From an uncultured Gammaproteobacteria bacterium (GTDB lineage Bacteria > Pseudomonadota > Gammaproteobacteria > UBA9214), in the NCBI GenBank assembly GCA_963763115.1, contig CAVXNM010000016.1, forward strand, positions 1,592 to 65,591: a DNA stretch of 64,000 nucleotides, read 5' to 3'. The position numbers and the translations under genes were made by a program. Positions 9,629 through 20,945 of the stretch are shown here, one piece after another (position 1 is the first letter of the stretch; every line of letters begins with the position of its first letter). The notes below the pieces were generated by a model, which saw only the letters and a list, made by a program, of their open reading frames with translations, searched no databases and was not told the origin of the DNA.

Positions 9629-11465
9629 TCAGCGTCCATGACGCTGTTCCCAAAGGGCAAGGCTGAGCAGCGGCCACAGACCCCATCCGAAATCACGCCG
9701 CCCCTCCAGATGTTGCTGATACAAGGCGCGCAGTGCTCTCCTGTCAACGGCAACACCTGCCAGGTGGTCCCTCGTCAGCAATACGTCTTCCATGAACGGC
9801 CGAAGCGATGTGCGCAGCCATTTGCCCATGGGCGGTTCAAACCCTCTTTTGTCAGACGTCTGAAATTTCAAACGTCTAGCCAGACTTTTGCGGAGAGGAA
9901 TCTTCCCTGTTCCCTGTGCCGGACTAAAGCAATCGCGCCAATCAACCTGGACAGCAACATCGATGACTTCTCTGTCGAGCAGCGGGACACGCACTTCCAG
10001 ACCATTATACATACTGGCCCGATCCACCTTGAGCAGAACACCCGTGAGATGACTGAGAAACTCGTTCCAGCGTAGCCATTGGGCGGCACAGTCCGCGTCG
10101 CTGCTGTCAAAGTCATAAGCATGGTAGTCAACGGGCCACGTGGACATTTGCGGGAATACTTTTTTCAGCCACGGTTCCGGGAGGTGGCTGTGCATGGCAC
10201 GTTGCCAGGCCCCTACCGAGTCATAGCGATGACTATCTGTTTGCGGCCAGCGCGCCAAACGGCGCACGAGCTGCCTCGCACGTCGCCCCTGCCGGGAATG
10301 GCGGAAATCCTCCACACCCGCCATCAAGGTTCCAAAGCGTCGCGCATATCCCCAGAATAATTCGTCACCCCCATCACCGGAAAGCATAACGGTAAACTGC
10401 TGCCGCGCAAGCCGCGACACCAGCAGGGTGGGAAAAATAGAAAAATCGCCAAACGGTTCGCCGCAGGCACTGACGACATCGTCCAGCATGTCCACCGCAT
10501 CATCGGGGACCACGTGCACTACCGTCTGTTCTATGCCCAGCTCGCGTGCATAACGAATCGCATCCTGGGACTCATCTGTTCTGTCACCACCCGTACCGAT
10601 GGTGAACGCCCGCATTTCAGTTTCACAGGCTTCCCGCATCTTGGCACAGACCAGTGGTGAATCAATGCCTCCGGACAGGAACGCCCCTATCGGCACATCA
10701 CTCACCAGTTGCCGTTTGACCGCGCCGCTGATTGCTGAATCCACGGCATCCAGGGCCTCCCGCCCGGTAAGGGTCGGCACCTGATAGCGTGGGAAATCAT
10801 AGTAATGGCCCCTGGAGATGCGCCCTGTGCGGATCAACCTCAAGCCAGCTGCCTGGTTCCAGCATAAAAGTATCTTCAAGAATACCAAAAGGCGCGGGAA
10901 CGCTAGCCAGATGCAGATATAAACTGGCTGCCGCAGGTGAAAAACCAAGCCCGTCGCTCCATGGGTGGGCGAGTAACTGGTCATATTGCGACCCGAATAC
11001 CAGACCTGCTGGATGCTTCAGGTAATAAAGCGGTTTGATGCCGGCATGGTCCCTGGCCAGTAGCAGCGTCTTCTCTCGAACATCATAGAAGGCCAGCGCG
11101 AACATGCCGTTAAACCTGTTCAGCGCATCGCGTCCCCATTCTGCCAAGGCATAAAGGACAACTTCCGAGTCACTGCGGGAACGAAACCTGACTCCCCGCC
11201 GCTCCAGTTGGCAGCGCAGCCCGGCAAAATTGTAGACTTCGCCATTGAACACCAGGACGTATCGACCATCCGCGGAAACCATCGGCTGATGGCCCGCGGC
11301 AGACAGGTCAAGAATGGCCAGGCGGCGGAATACGAGATGGCAGTACTCGTCCTGCCAGGCGCCGGCGTCATCCGGACCGCGGCGGACCATGAGTTCGCTG
11401 ATAACCTCCCAGTTCGCAGCACTCGGCCCGCCGTTAAAGCGCAACTCTCCCGCTATTCCACACAT
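9629..11465 (-). pseudogene. asnB: Asparagine synthase (glutamine-hydrolysing), AsnB-type amidotransferase; frameshift near 10830 as sequenced
   Basis: MCGIAG N-terminus, RRGPD, FNGEVYN, RDHAGIKPLY in ORF 10797-11465; LSGGIDS, SGDGGDELF, KVDRASM, EVRVPLLD in ORF 9629-10984. Confidence 0.88.
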
Positions 11466-11492
11466 AACATCGATCTGATACTCAAACGCGGT

Positions 11493-13395
11493 TCACACAG
11501 ACTTGTTTGCCACAGGCGAAATATCGGTCGAAGAATACTGAAATAAAGTAAAAATGTCATAGAGCATACCGTGCTGTCGTCGGCGTTGTTCTGCGGAGGT
11601 GTTGCTCGACAGCAGGTTCTCCAGTTTGCTGCGGTCAATAAGCGCCCATAGTGGTGATTCGGTTTGATCGAAACAGAGGCTGCGAAACTGCTCCAGTCCG
11701 GTTTCGAGCAGATCGGATCGCTCCTCGCCTTTGGTGTTCGTGAATACCGGTCTGTATTGCCGCCCGTTACCATTCTGTGCAACTTCCGCGCTGCGCGTAT
11801 TGGCAGAGACCGATTGGCGCGATCCACGAAGTGTTCGAAAATGAGCCCGGATACGGTTTGCGGATGCCACGGCATTTCAAACGGAACATCACCAAGTTCA
11901 GGGACGAGACGGGCAAGCAGTTCCTTGGGAATGCGCTCACAGTAACGTTGATAGGCAGGCACACCAAAGGCCGCTCTGGCGTAGGGTCGGGTGGCGAGCG
12001 GCGCAAATACATCGATGAATGCCGATATCTGGCGAAAATTACTGCCCCCCCACCGGCGCAGGCGGTCGCGCAGGTAAAAAACCGTGTTGAGATCTTTTGT
12101 CGCAAATCCCATCCCGGTCGCCTCCCGCGCGAAATCGCGAATGTAGTCGGCTGCCACGTGGACGACATCGGGATGCAGCAGATCTGCCCGCGGTTTGACG
12201 ACCGTGTTGATCATGTTTGTAGTGTAGTCATTCGGCGCTGTGCTCAAAGAGGTAATAGAAGCGCCGGTCTTTCAGGTAGAACGGACGGGCAATTTCTCCG
12301 CCAATACCGTACAGGTGTATTCTCAGACGGTCTATTTGCTGCGGGTGTCCGATCGCATTGGCGATGTTGGCAAGCGTCACCATGCCGTCCGTCTGCCCGA
12401 GGAGGCGCCGGCTTGCCGTCGCCCACTGAGCCAGTACCGCGGCGTTGTCCAGTTCCTGTTCATTCGGAGCACGATGAGGAATAACTCCCGCGCGGTGTGG
12501 CAGATTCAACCTTTTTGCAACGGCAGTACCAATGGTGACGTCCGGACTGGAAAGCGGCCCGGACGAAAAGTATTCCGCGGAAATACCATTGCGCACCAGG
12601 AGCGCCGCCAGCAGCCGTGAATCACGCCCGGCAGTGATCGGACATTCGATAACGCTGTCATAAGCCGACAGGCCACGACAGATCTGCGACAAGTGCCTGC
12701 GCGAGATCATCGGCTTCGCGGCCAGCAAAATTCTGCTGCGGCAGCCGTGAAAGCTCCTCCAGAGAAAAGTACTTTTTGCGTTGCGGTTCGCCGCAGCCTG
12801 TCTTCCAGCGCCAGATCTCCCCTGCCGGAAACACGCGGATCCCATCTCGCAGCGTCCGGTCACCTGCCGTCCAGCCCAGCCCCAGACAGTACATTGCGCC
12901 GACGGTATCAAGGCTCCGTCTGGAACGGATGCGACTGATCAATTCGACGCTGTTACTCAAAATTACGCCCTGCTGCGTCTGGCAATAGAAGAGCTGGAAC
13001 ATGCCCAGGGCGTCAACCATAATTTCAATGCTGGCCGGGTCATGGCGCACACGCGCAACACAAAACTGGCCTTCAAGCACCTGTGGTAACGACTGCCAGT
13101 GTTGTGCGAGCTTCTCAGCATCAAACGCCTGGAATTCTGCCGTTGCAACCACAGGAACGCCATCATACAAGACGGTTTCTTCGGGTGTCTGATAGACGTA
13201 ACGACGCAGCTTTGCTGGTTTCTTGCCGGCATGCAGTCCAGCGACAAATGCCGTGTCCCCAGCTGGGTACGAGCTTTCGATGTCAAGGTAAGGATATATG
13301 GCCCGCATTTCCCTCAGCAGAGCCGGAATGCGGTCTCTCATCGCTGAATCGAGCTCCCAGCCAATTACAAACAGATTCATACTTCTCGGCTCCAC
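11493..13395 (-). pseudogene. Asparagine-synthetase-related protein, about 3 frameshifts as sequenced
   Basis: Consecutive ORFs 12658-13395 (Ntn-like LEGQFCVA, DALGMFQLFY), 12228-12911 (PITAGRDSR, GIGGEIAR), 11453-12247 and 11493-11870 form one reading path. Confidence 0.65.
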
Positions 13396-13763
13396 GAAAA
13401 GGCGAGCCCCATGTTACACGAGGATTTTGTGCAAAAATACCGGCGCTAACTGGTCCCCTCCCTTCGCCACACTGTCTCGGCAGCAGTCCATTCGTGCTCG
13501 ATAACAAGACGCCTTGCAGACTGCCATCCTTCTGATCTTATGCGACGCAAAGACACGGCGTGCTGTTTGGGCTCTACGGTACGGAATGACTGCGTGATTG
13601 CCCCGGTCAGATTTGGGCGCGACAGACAGGAAACCGCTGCGACCCGGCTATATCGTTGCGGTCAAGAATGTTCTCGGAAAAACGCTGTTACTAAGCCCGA
13701 ATAAGTTGGCATACGGGTATCTGCAACACGGGGTAACTTGTCCGGCCACGCGGACTTCATGGG

Positions 13764-15122
13764 CTACATGTTGCGAGGATGGGGTTCGAGTGCATCGAAC
13801 CAGACATTCGCCATCTTCGCATAGCCCGTAGTATTGGGATGTAACTGATCGCTCAGATCGTCCGGATAGATCAGGGCGCCGTGCTGGTCGACAACAATGA
13901 TATCATCGCCATTCGCGATGCGGGTGGTGGCCATGGACTGGACAGCGTTGTTCAAGGTGGTCACATCGGGATTAAGCGGATTCTGGTCAATGATAAGCGC
14001 CAATATCACGGTTACATGATTGCCGCCGGCACTCTGTTCCCACTGATCAATCTCGTTCAGAATGTCGGCTATATCGACTTCGGTAGTCTGACTGAGATTG
14101 TTCGTTCCCGCGTGTAGCAGAACGATATCAGCCGGGTTTGCATTCAGCCAGGCACGGACGCCATCGGTTGGAAAACCCGTCTGGCCATATGCGATCTCAG
14201 TAGCATTCCACCCGCCATGACCTTCATGGTTAACATCGAAATCGGGCAGGGCGCTCGAACCGCTGCTCAGGCTGCCGACAAAATCGAAAGTGAAGCCAGA
14301 CCCTGTTAGTAAATCATACAGCGGTCTGCGGTATCCGAACCTTTCGTCGAGCGGTAGCACGGTGGGACCAATCACCCCGTCCGTAATGGAATCACCCAAC
14401 GGCATAATGGCCTCATCCACAACAACCTCTTGTGTCGCGCTCGCGCTTCCCCCGTCCGGATCAGTCACCTGGTAGGTAAAAGTATCAAGCCCTCTGGCGC
14501 CACTGGTGGCAGGCTGATACGAGAATGCACCCGTTGTGGCATTGGTGATGGTCACTGTGCCGTTCTTGGCGGTCGTAACAGGGCCCAGCCCTCCTGAGCC
14601 GTCTGCATTCAGGCTGTACATCAGCAAATTGGGACTTTCCACATCGGTTGCGGTCAAGGTCCCTGTTAACAGCTGCGCCTGCCGCGTGTTCGAACAACCT
14701 CCAGTGGCCTGGGGTGGGTCATTGATCGAATTGATAACCACTGCCACGTCTGCGACGTTGGAATCTGCGAGGCCATCATTCGCTTTAAAGCTAAAGCTGT
14801 CTGTGCCATTGGCGTTCGGATCGGGCGTATACCGGTAAGCGCCGGTGGTCGGATCAGTAATACTGGCTGTCCCCTTGCCCGCATTAGTAACGATACTGTA
14901 CGTCAATGGATCGCCGTCGGTGTCCGTCGCGTCAAGTTTACCGGTGGCGGAGGTATCCTCATTGGTCGACAAGGTACCCGCGGTCGCCACCGGTGCAGAC
15001 TCGACAGTGGTGCCACCGCCGTCACTGCCACCACCCCCACCGCCGCAAGCGGCCAACGCACTCGCGACCAGCAGCACGGCAAAAAAATGAACATGCGAGG
15101 TATTATTCCTGGTAGGGCTCAT
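13764..15122 (-). CDS. Lipoprotein with two cadherin-like/Big_9 repeats and a C-terminal SGNH/GDSL hydrolase
   Basis: Lipobox ALAAC + Gly run; TNEDT..DTDGDPLTY..YTP..NGTDSFSFKANDG repeats; GDSIT, EGHGG, AGTNN, DQLHP. Confidence 0.85.
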   Translation of the reverse strand: MSPTRNNTSHVHFFAVLLVASALAACGGGGGGSDGGGTTVESAPVATAGTLSTNEDTSATGKLDATDTDGDPLTYSIVTNAGKGTASITDPTTGAYRYTPDPNANGTDSFSFKANDGLADSNVADVAVVINSINDPPQATGGCSNTRQAQLLTGTLTATDVESPNLLMYSLNADGSGGLGPVTTAKNGTVTITNATTGAFSYQPATSGARGLDTFTYQVTDPDGGSASATQEVVVDEAIMPLGDSITDGVIGPTVLPLDERFGYRRPLYDLLTGSGFTFDFVGSLSSGSSALPDFDVNHEGHGGWNATEIAYGQTGFPTDGVRAWLNANPADIVLLHAGTNNLSQTTEVDIADILNEIDQWEQSAGGNHVTVILALIIDQNPLNPDVTTLNNAVQSMATTRIANGDDIIVVDQHGALIYPDDLSDQLHPNTTGYAKMANVWFDALEPHPRNM

Positions 15123-15855
15123 GCACTTCCGCCTCCTATTCTTCGATTCTGATCGTTCATTCTGAACACTGCCCCTGCACAGCCGATGGCTTGGCCCATA
15201 AATCCAATAAGGCAGGTAATCTTCCCCAGACGAAACAGTCGCGCTTACGCGGCAGCACAGAAGTTCTTATAGAAACATCTTCAATACTTAGTGAAAACAC
15301 AATTGGCAAGAATTATACCAGCATTTACGACCGACTGGCATTCCGCTGCGCCACACGGCCACAGGTAATTTAGCACCGACTATTCGCATGGACAGTGGCA
15401 CGGCAAGCTGACGTTCAACCGACTTAACCGGGCCCTTGACCGATCCTCAGCAAGGGTTGTGTAAATCCTGCCGACAGACAACCCTCTAAGATCTCCTTGT
15501 GCGGATTGCCGGGCGTCGTCTAACGACGCCGAGGCGTCAAAATCCGCCGATATTACTTTAATATAATCAATCAGATAGTAGGACCACAACGTCCAGCAGG
15601 CTTCGCCCGGGCGGCGGGATCCAATAGAAACACGGGCGTCCGATTGCGCGTCAATTTATCCGGCAAGCAGGCTCACGCAAGGCGAACTCTAGGTGTCCGG
15701 ACGAAATTGTAAATATGTAAGCTTTTCCGACTGCCCGGTCTGTTTTGCTGGCAAATGGCGTGCCTGTGGCCACTGAATGGTCATGGTTAACCGCAGTCGG
15801 CGGACACCACCCTCAAAAATGCATTCACCCAAGGATGACTATGACAGTTTCGCCG

Positions 15856-16911
15856 TCACGGGACTCGTGAGAAAAGAATACGCTCAATGACGTCGCGATA
15901 CACTTTGGCAAATCGCTCGCGGGTATGGTGCTCTTGTGCATATTCCCATGCCCGCCTGCTCATTATCGCCAGCTCCGCCGCTGGGCGTTCGGCAATATCC
16001 CGCACGACCTGCCTGATTTCGTCGATTGAACTATGCTGCAAGACGACACCAAAGTCGTCAGAGACATCCACGCTTGATTCACGGCTCACGATGGGAATGA
16101 GACCCGCGTGCATGCATTGCACAACTGACCCTCCACCCGCCTCGGAACACGAGGCATAAACAAGTCCGGCACATTTGCTAACCAGCTCAGCAAATTGCTC
16201 ACTGCCTACGTCCACCCATCCCGTGACGCGGATATTGTCAGTTTCGTAAAGTTCTTTGCGGAAAGCCTTTTTGAATTCCTTGTCTGCATCGACGGGTCCG
16301 CATACGATGAGCTGATATTCGGGCATTTCGACAAATGCTTCCAGGACAAGATCGAGCCCTTTGTGCACAAGCCCCCAACCTCCGAACCACAGAAAGTTTT
16401 TCCTGCACTGGTTAAAATCCTTTTCGCTGTCGAATGGAAAATGGTGCGTGGCACTGATTGGCACTCTATGAATCGGTTTCCCCGCAAAGCGGTAGGAATC
16501 GACGGTAAACTGGTTACCCAGGGTAGTGATATGATCGGCGAATCGAATGCTGGCATCCGGCTGAATCAGTTTTACCGGCTGCAAGACTGAGCCTTTCCTG
16601 TTTTTTAGCTGTTCCAGCCGGCGATACTGCGCGCCATTATTCACCAGCCAATGCGCGTAGACTGCGTGCAGAATCTTTATGCAATCGCCATTGACCAGCG
16701 GTGCCAGACGCCCAAATCCGTCCAGGGCTCCAACGAAAACCTGATAATCCTTTTCGGGGATGAAGGTGCGGTTATGAAAATTAATAACATCCACCGAATA
16801 GCCCAGATCGAGGAATGTCTTGCCTATCTGGAAGCCTTCCCAGTCACAGGTGTGAGTAGTGCCGATGTCGGCCTCACTCTTACACAGAAACGGGGCCAGC
16901 ACATTCGCCAC
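15856..16911 (-). CDS. GT4-like glycosyltransferase (true start may be ATG 17038 with a frameshift)
   Basis: HKGLDLVLEAF, SCSEAGGGSVVQCMHAGLIP; frame is open upstream to about 17035. Confidence 0.8.
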   Translation of the reverse strand: MANVLAPFLCKSEADIGTTHTCDWEGFQIGKTFLDLGYSVDVINFHNRTFIPEKDYQVFVGALDGFGRLAPLVNGDCIKILHAVYAHWLVNNGAQYRRLEQLKNRKGSVLQPVKLIQPDASIRFADHITTLGNQFTVDSYRFAGKPIHRVPISATHHFPFDSEKDFNQCRKNFLWFGGWGLVHKGLDLVLEAFVEMPEYQLIVCGPVDADKEFKKAFRKELYETDNIRVTGWVDVGSEQFAELVSKCAGLVYASCSEAGGGSVVQCMHAGLIPIVSRESSVDVSDDFGVVLQHSSIDEIRQVVRDIAERPAAELAIMSRRAWEYAQEHHTRERFAKVYRDVIERILFSRVP

Positions 16912-17050
16912 CAGGACACGGCCTCTGCGTTCGCCAGCGACCTTCGGTTCAAGTGTTACGACTCGTTCTTCTTGTCTTTCTGGCGGATCGAGAATAGGCG
17001 TGATATATCGAAGCCAGCTTCCTGCGAAAGCTGCTCATAGCGACCGTGCA

Positions 17051-18388
17051 TCAGCCATGAACCGCCACCGCCTGCGTGAGCAATTGCGTCTCCCACTTCA
17101 ACATCGGCCGGACGACACCCATCATGGCGCCGCCCCACGAACCCCGGGCCGAATCGCCTTCTCCCGGATCAAACACCTGGAAAGCGGCTGCATCGCGGGC
17201 AAGGAAATGGGGGCGGAAGGGTGCGGGCGTCATCATTGCGGGTTCGATATATACAGTACCCTCAGACAGGAAATTTCCTGGTATCCACGCAGTGCTTCTA
17301 TACAGACCGGCCGGGCGCGGAACGTTCTTCCAGGAGGTGTCCTGCTCGAGCGTTGTAAACAGACAGGTACCGTCTTCATTGTAGATGTTAAAATTGGGAA
17401 GCAGCACGCTCCCGCCCTGCAACACCTCATATTCCATGTCGATGGCTACAGGTTGGCGAATGTCCACAAAATCCAGGGTCTCCCCGTCGTGCGAACGCAC
17501 GCGCACCGCACGCAGTCGCACGACATCATCACCGGGTGCTGAAGCCGGATCCCAGCCACGTTCGGGCGTTGTCCCCAGTCCAGTGCTGAGATAGGCGTTG
17601 ACGACTTCGTTAGTCTGACCGTCTTTGCTGACGTAACCATTCTCGAGCAGCAGGGCGCGTGAGCACATCCGGGTAATTGCCGGCATGCTGTGAGACACAA
17701 ACAGTATGGTCGTTCCCAACTGACCTACGTCCTGCATCTTATTTATACATTTCTTCTGAAATGCCGAATCCCCAACCGCCAGCACCTCATCGACAATCAG
17801 GATTTCCGGCTCCAGATGAGCCGCAACGGCAAACGCCAGGCGCACACGCATTCCGCTGGAATAGCGTTTTACAGGAGTATCTATAAACTTCTCAATACCG
17901 GAAAAGTCCACGATACTATCGAATTTATTGTCCACCTCTTTCTTTCTCATGCCGAGAATCGTGCCATTGAGGTAAACATTCTCGCGTCCGGTAAGTTCCG
18001 GGTGGAAACCCGTCCCGACCTCGAGCAGGCTGGAGATTCGGCCTCTTATTTCGACACGCCCCGTCGTTGGCGGTGTGATCCGGGCCAGTATCTTCAGCAA
18101 GGTTGATTTGCCGGCGCCGTTGATCCCGATAATGCCCAGGATCTCTCCTCGCTGCAGAGTGAAGGAAATATCCTTCAATGCCCATATTACATTATCGGAC
18201 GTCTCTCTCTTCTCAAGATCCACATCATCGAAGCTGTACAGCGCTCGATACTTCCGGTAGTTTTCCAACGGGCTTTTTACAAATGAAAACACAGTCTGCG
18301 CAAACGTATCCTGTGTCTCGTTTTCGAATCCGATGCGGAAAAGTTTACTGACGTTTTCTACTTTGACTGCTATATCGTTTTCGCTCAT
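17051..18388 (-). CDS. wzt: Polysaccharide ABC transporter ATP-binding protein with C-terminal Wzt_C domain
   Basis: GINGAGKST, YSSGMRVRLAF, DEVLAVGD, ~170-aa C-terminal extension. Confidence 0.92.
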   Translation of the reverse strand: MSENDIAVKVENVSKLFRIGFENETQDTFAQTVFSFVKSPLENYRKYRALYSFDDVDLEKRETSDNVIWALKDISFTLQRGEILGIIGINGAGKSTLLKILARITPPTTGRVEIRGRISSLLEVGTGFHPELTGRENVYLNGTILGMRKKEVDNKFDSIVDFSGIEKFIDTPVKRYSSGMRVRLAFAVAAHLEPEILIVDEVLAVGDSAFQKKCINKMQDVGQLGTTILFVSHSMPAITRMCSRALLLENGYVSKDGQTNEVVNAYLSTGLGTTPERGWDPASAPGDDVVRLRAVRVRSHDGETLDFVDIRQPVAIDMEYEVLQGGSVLLPNFNIYNEDGTCLFTTLEQDTSWKNVPRPAGLYRSTAWIPGNFLSEGTVYIEPAMMTPAPFRPHFLARDAAAFQVFDPGEGDSARGSWGGAMMGVVRPMLKWETQLLTQAVAVHG

Positions 18389-18437
18389 GGCCCCTGGCAT
18401 CGTGAATATGGAAAAGGCAACGTGGAGGTTTGTTCAC

Positions 18438-19286
18438 TCAGATTACGTCCACCACGAGACGTTCCGTTCTTTTGAAGTAGAGTGCGCCGCTTACCAGCAG
18501 CAACGCAGTTGTCACGATGCCGGGCACAATATACTGCCAGAGCATATCAGTACCTACAACCGCGGCGCGAAAACCTTCTATTACACCCACAATAGGATTC
18601 AACGAGTACAGAATCCGGTAGGGCTCGGGAATCGCTGACGCAGAATAGACGATGGGCGCACTGTACATCAGCATGCGGATGACGAAGTTCATGGCAAATT
18701 TCACATCCCTGAAACGTATTGATAACGACGACAGCCACAGTCCCACTGCAAGGGGCACTGCCATCATCATCAGAATGAACAGCGGGAGAAAAACAATATT
18801 CCAGGTGAGGCTCACTTTGTAGTAAACCGCCACGAAGATAACGATGATCATCGAAATCACGAAATCAACCATACGTGTCAGCACGGGCGTCACCGGGAAC
18901 AACAGCCGAGGAAAATACACCTTTCCCAGCATCGCCTGCCCACTGACCAGGCTCTCGCTGGACGCCGTCATCGCAGTCGACATATAGGTCCAGGGCAGGA
19001 TTGCCACAGTCGAAAACAGGAGATAAGGAATCCCGTCAGACGGGACTTTTGCCACTTTTCCGAAAATAAACGTAAATATAACAATTTGGACCAGTGGCTG
19101 CAGAATTGCCCATCCAAAACCAAGAATGGTTTGCGCGTACAGCACTTTTATATCCCGCCAGACAAGAAAATAGAACAGGTCCCGGTACTGTCTGAGCTCC
19201 TTGAAATCTATAAGCTGCCAGCCGCTTGGCGGAGTAATGACGGTGACCGGCACAGTCCCTTGCAATGTGGGTGATTTGTCGTTCAT
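18438..19286 (-). CDS. wzm: Polysaccharide ABC transporter permease
   Basis: RDIKVLYAQTILGFGWAILQP, KVYFPR, LNPIVGVIEGFR; adjacent to wzt. Confidence 0.92.
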   Translation of the reverse strand: MNDKSPTLQGTVPVTVITPPSGWQLIDFKELRQYRDLFYFLVWRDIKVLYAQTILGFGWAILQPLVQIVIFTFIFGKVAKVPSDGIPYLLFSTVAILPWTYMSTAMTASSESLVSGQAMLGKVYFPRLLFPVTPVLTRMVDFVISMIIVIFVAVYYKVSLTWNIVFLPLFILMMMAVPLAVGLWLSSLSIRFRDVKFAMNFVIRMLMYSAPIVYSASAIPEPYRILYSLNPIVGVIEGFRAAVVGTDMLWQYIVPGIVTTALLLVSGALYFKRTERLVVDVI

Positions 19287-19503
19287 CGGCTATCCCGTTT
19301 TCAACGCTTCCACGAAACTTATGTTCCGGGGCAACGCATTTTACTGCACCCGGGCGTCAGACACCTGCCCATTGCAACAGCCGTCCCCGCGGAGACGACT
19401 GCTGTCACCCTGAATATTAAAGGCAAATCAATGCCTTTGTAACGACTGGTACGGCCGGGATCTTGAGTTGCCTGCGCCTTTGGCTGTCATGCCGAGGCCG
19501 GCA

Positions 19504-20277
19504 CTACCAGACTTTCCAGGGGGCCTCGCCGCTCTGCCACAGCTCCTCGAGCACATGTTTATCGCGCAGCGTATCCATGGGCTGCCAGAATCCGCTGTGC
19601 CGGTAAGCGGCCAATTCACCGCTGACCGCGAGCGTCTCCATAGGCTGCTTCTCCCAGCTGACGGAATCGCCTTCAATGTAGTCCAGGACACCTGGTTCGA
19701 GCACAAAATAACCGCTGTTGACCCAGGCACCGTCGCCATCAGGCTTTTCCTTGAATGACGACACCCGGTTCTCGTTTCGCCCAAGCTTGAAGGCGCCGAA
19801 ACGGCCTGGTGGTTGTGCCGCCGTGAGTGTGGCCAATACACCTTGAGCTTTGTGAAACGCTATGAGATTTGCAATATTCACGTTGGAAACACCGTCGCCA
19901 TAGGTGAAACAGAAGGTTTCATCTCTGATAAACTCACCTACCCGCTTCAGCCTGCCCCCCGTCATCGTTGCGTCCCCGGTTTCCACGAGCGTGACCCGCC
20001 AGGGGTCCACGCAGCTGTTGTGAATCTCCACCTCGTTATTCTTCAGGTCGAACGTCACGTCGGCGCACTGGAGGTGATAATCGGCGAAGTACTGCTTGAC
20101 CACGTGTGACTTATAGCCACAGCAGATAATGAAGTCGTTGATCCCGTAAGCTGAATAGGTCTTCATGATATGCCAGAGAATCGGTTTTCCGCCTATCTCC
20201 ACCATGGGCTTGGGTTTGACGCTACTTTCCTCACTGATTCGCGTCCCGAACCCTCCCGCCAGAATGACTGCCTTCAC
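19504..20277 (-). CDS. rfbF: Glucose-1-phosphate cytidylyltransferase
   Basis: [49 protein letters not shown]. Confidence 0.95.
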   Translation of the reverse strand: MKAVILAGGFGTRISEESSVKPKPMVEIGGKPILWHIMKTYSAYGINDFIICCGYKSHVVKQYFADYHLQCADVTFDLKNNEVEIHNSCVDPWRVTLVETGDATMTGGRLKRVGEFIRDETFCFTYGDGVSNVNIANLIAFHKAQGVLATLTAAQPPGRFGAFKLGRNENRVSSFKEKPDGDGAWVNSGYFVLEPGVLDYIEGDSVSWEKQPMETLAVSGELAAYRHSGFWQPMDTLRDKHVLEELWQSGEAPWKVW

Positions 20278-20718
20278 CGGATTGCTCCTTATGGTCTTTT
20301 CCAGGCATGGCCGCCTGGACAGACACGTTTAATACCATTGGCTCCAGAATATTAGGATTCGATTATATTACATGCGCAAGTCGTGATTTTACGTCCACGC
20401 TCGAGAACACCCGCCAGCAACTGTCGGAACGGCTCTACGGTTTAAGTGCCAACAGCGAAGCTGTACTGTGACATTTTATCTTGCTTCAACCCAATGAGTG
20501 GGGTAATCTCCACGCGATACTGTTAAATCGTACCATAGCGTCATGATATTGATAAGCTTTTCTGCGTAACGTTGATACACAAAGAATCTTAGTCATTTAC
20601 TCATTTAAGGAAATCAGCTTTATCGGCCGCTATTGGCTGAGTGCCAGGCGTATTCGGTCTATTCGACTGAAATACGAATTAAATTCAAAGGCTTAACGAT
20701 CCAAACGAGGTTGCAAAT

Positions 20719-20883
20719 ATGAGTCGACTAGTTAGCGTCAGGGTCTTCCTGCTCATGGCAATCGCCACCCTGATAGCAGGCTGCGGTGGTAGTGGTGGCG
20801 GCGATAACACCCCCAGCACCCCACCTGCCACCGGCAGCAGCAACTGGGACACCATGGTGTGGGACCAGGACAATTGGTCATAA
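20719..20883 (+). CDS. 54-aa lipoprotein with C-terminal Trp-Asp motif
   Basis: Below ORF-track cutoff; RBS GAGG, MSRLVSVRVFLLMAIATLIAGC|GGSGGGDNTPSTPPATGSSNWDTMVWDQDNWS*. Confidence 0.8.
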   Translation: MSRLVSVRVFLLMAIATLIAGCGGSGGGDNTPSTPPATGSSNWDTMVWDQDNWS

Positions 20884-20945
20884 CCTGACCGACAATATTC
20901 GAGTTATCTATCACTGAACAGATTGAATACAGAGAGGTACCCGTC

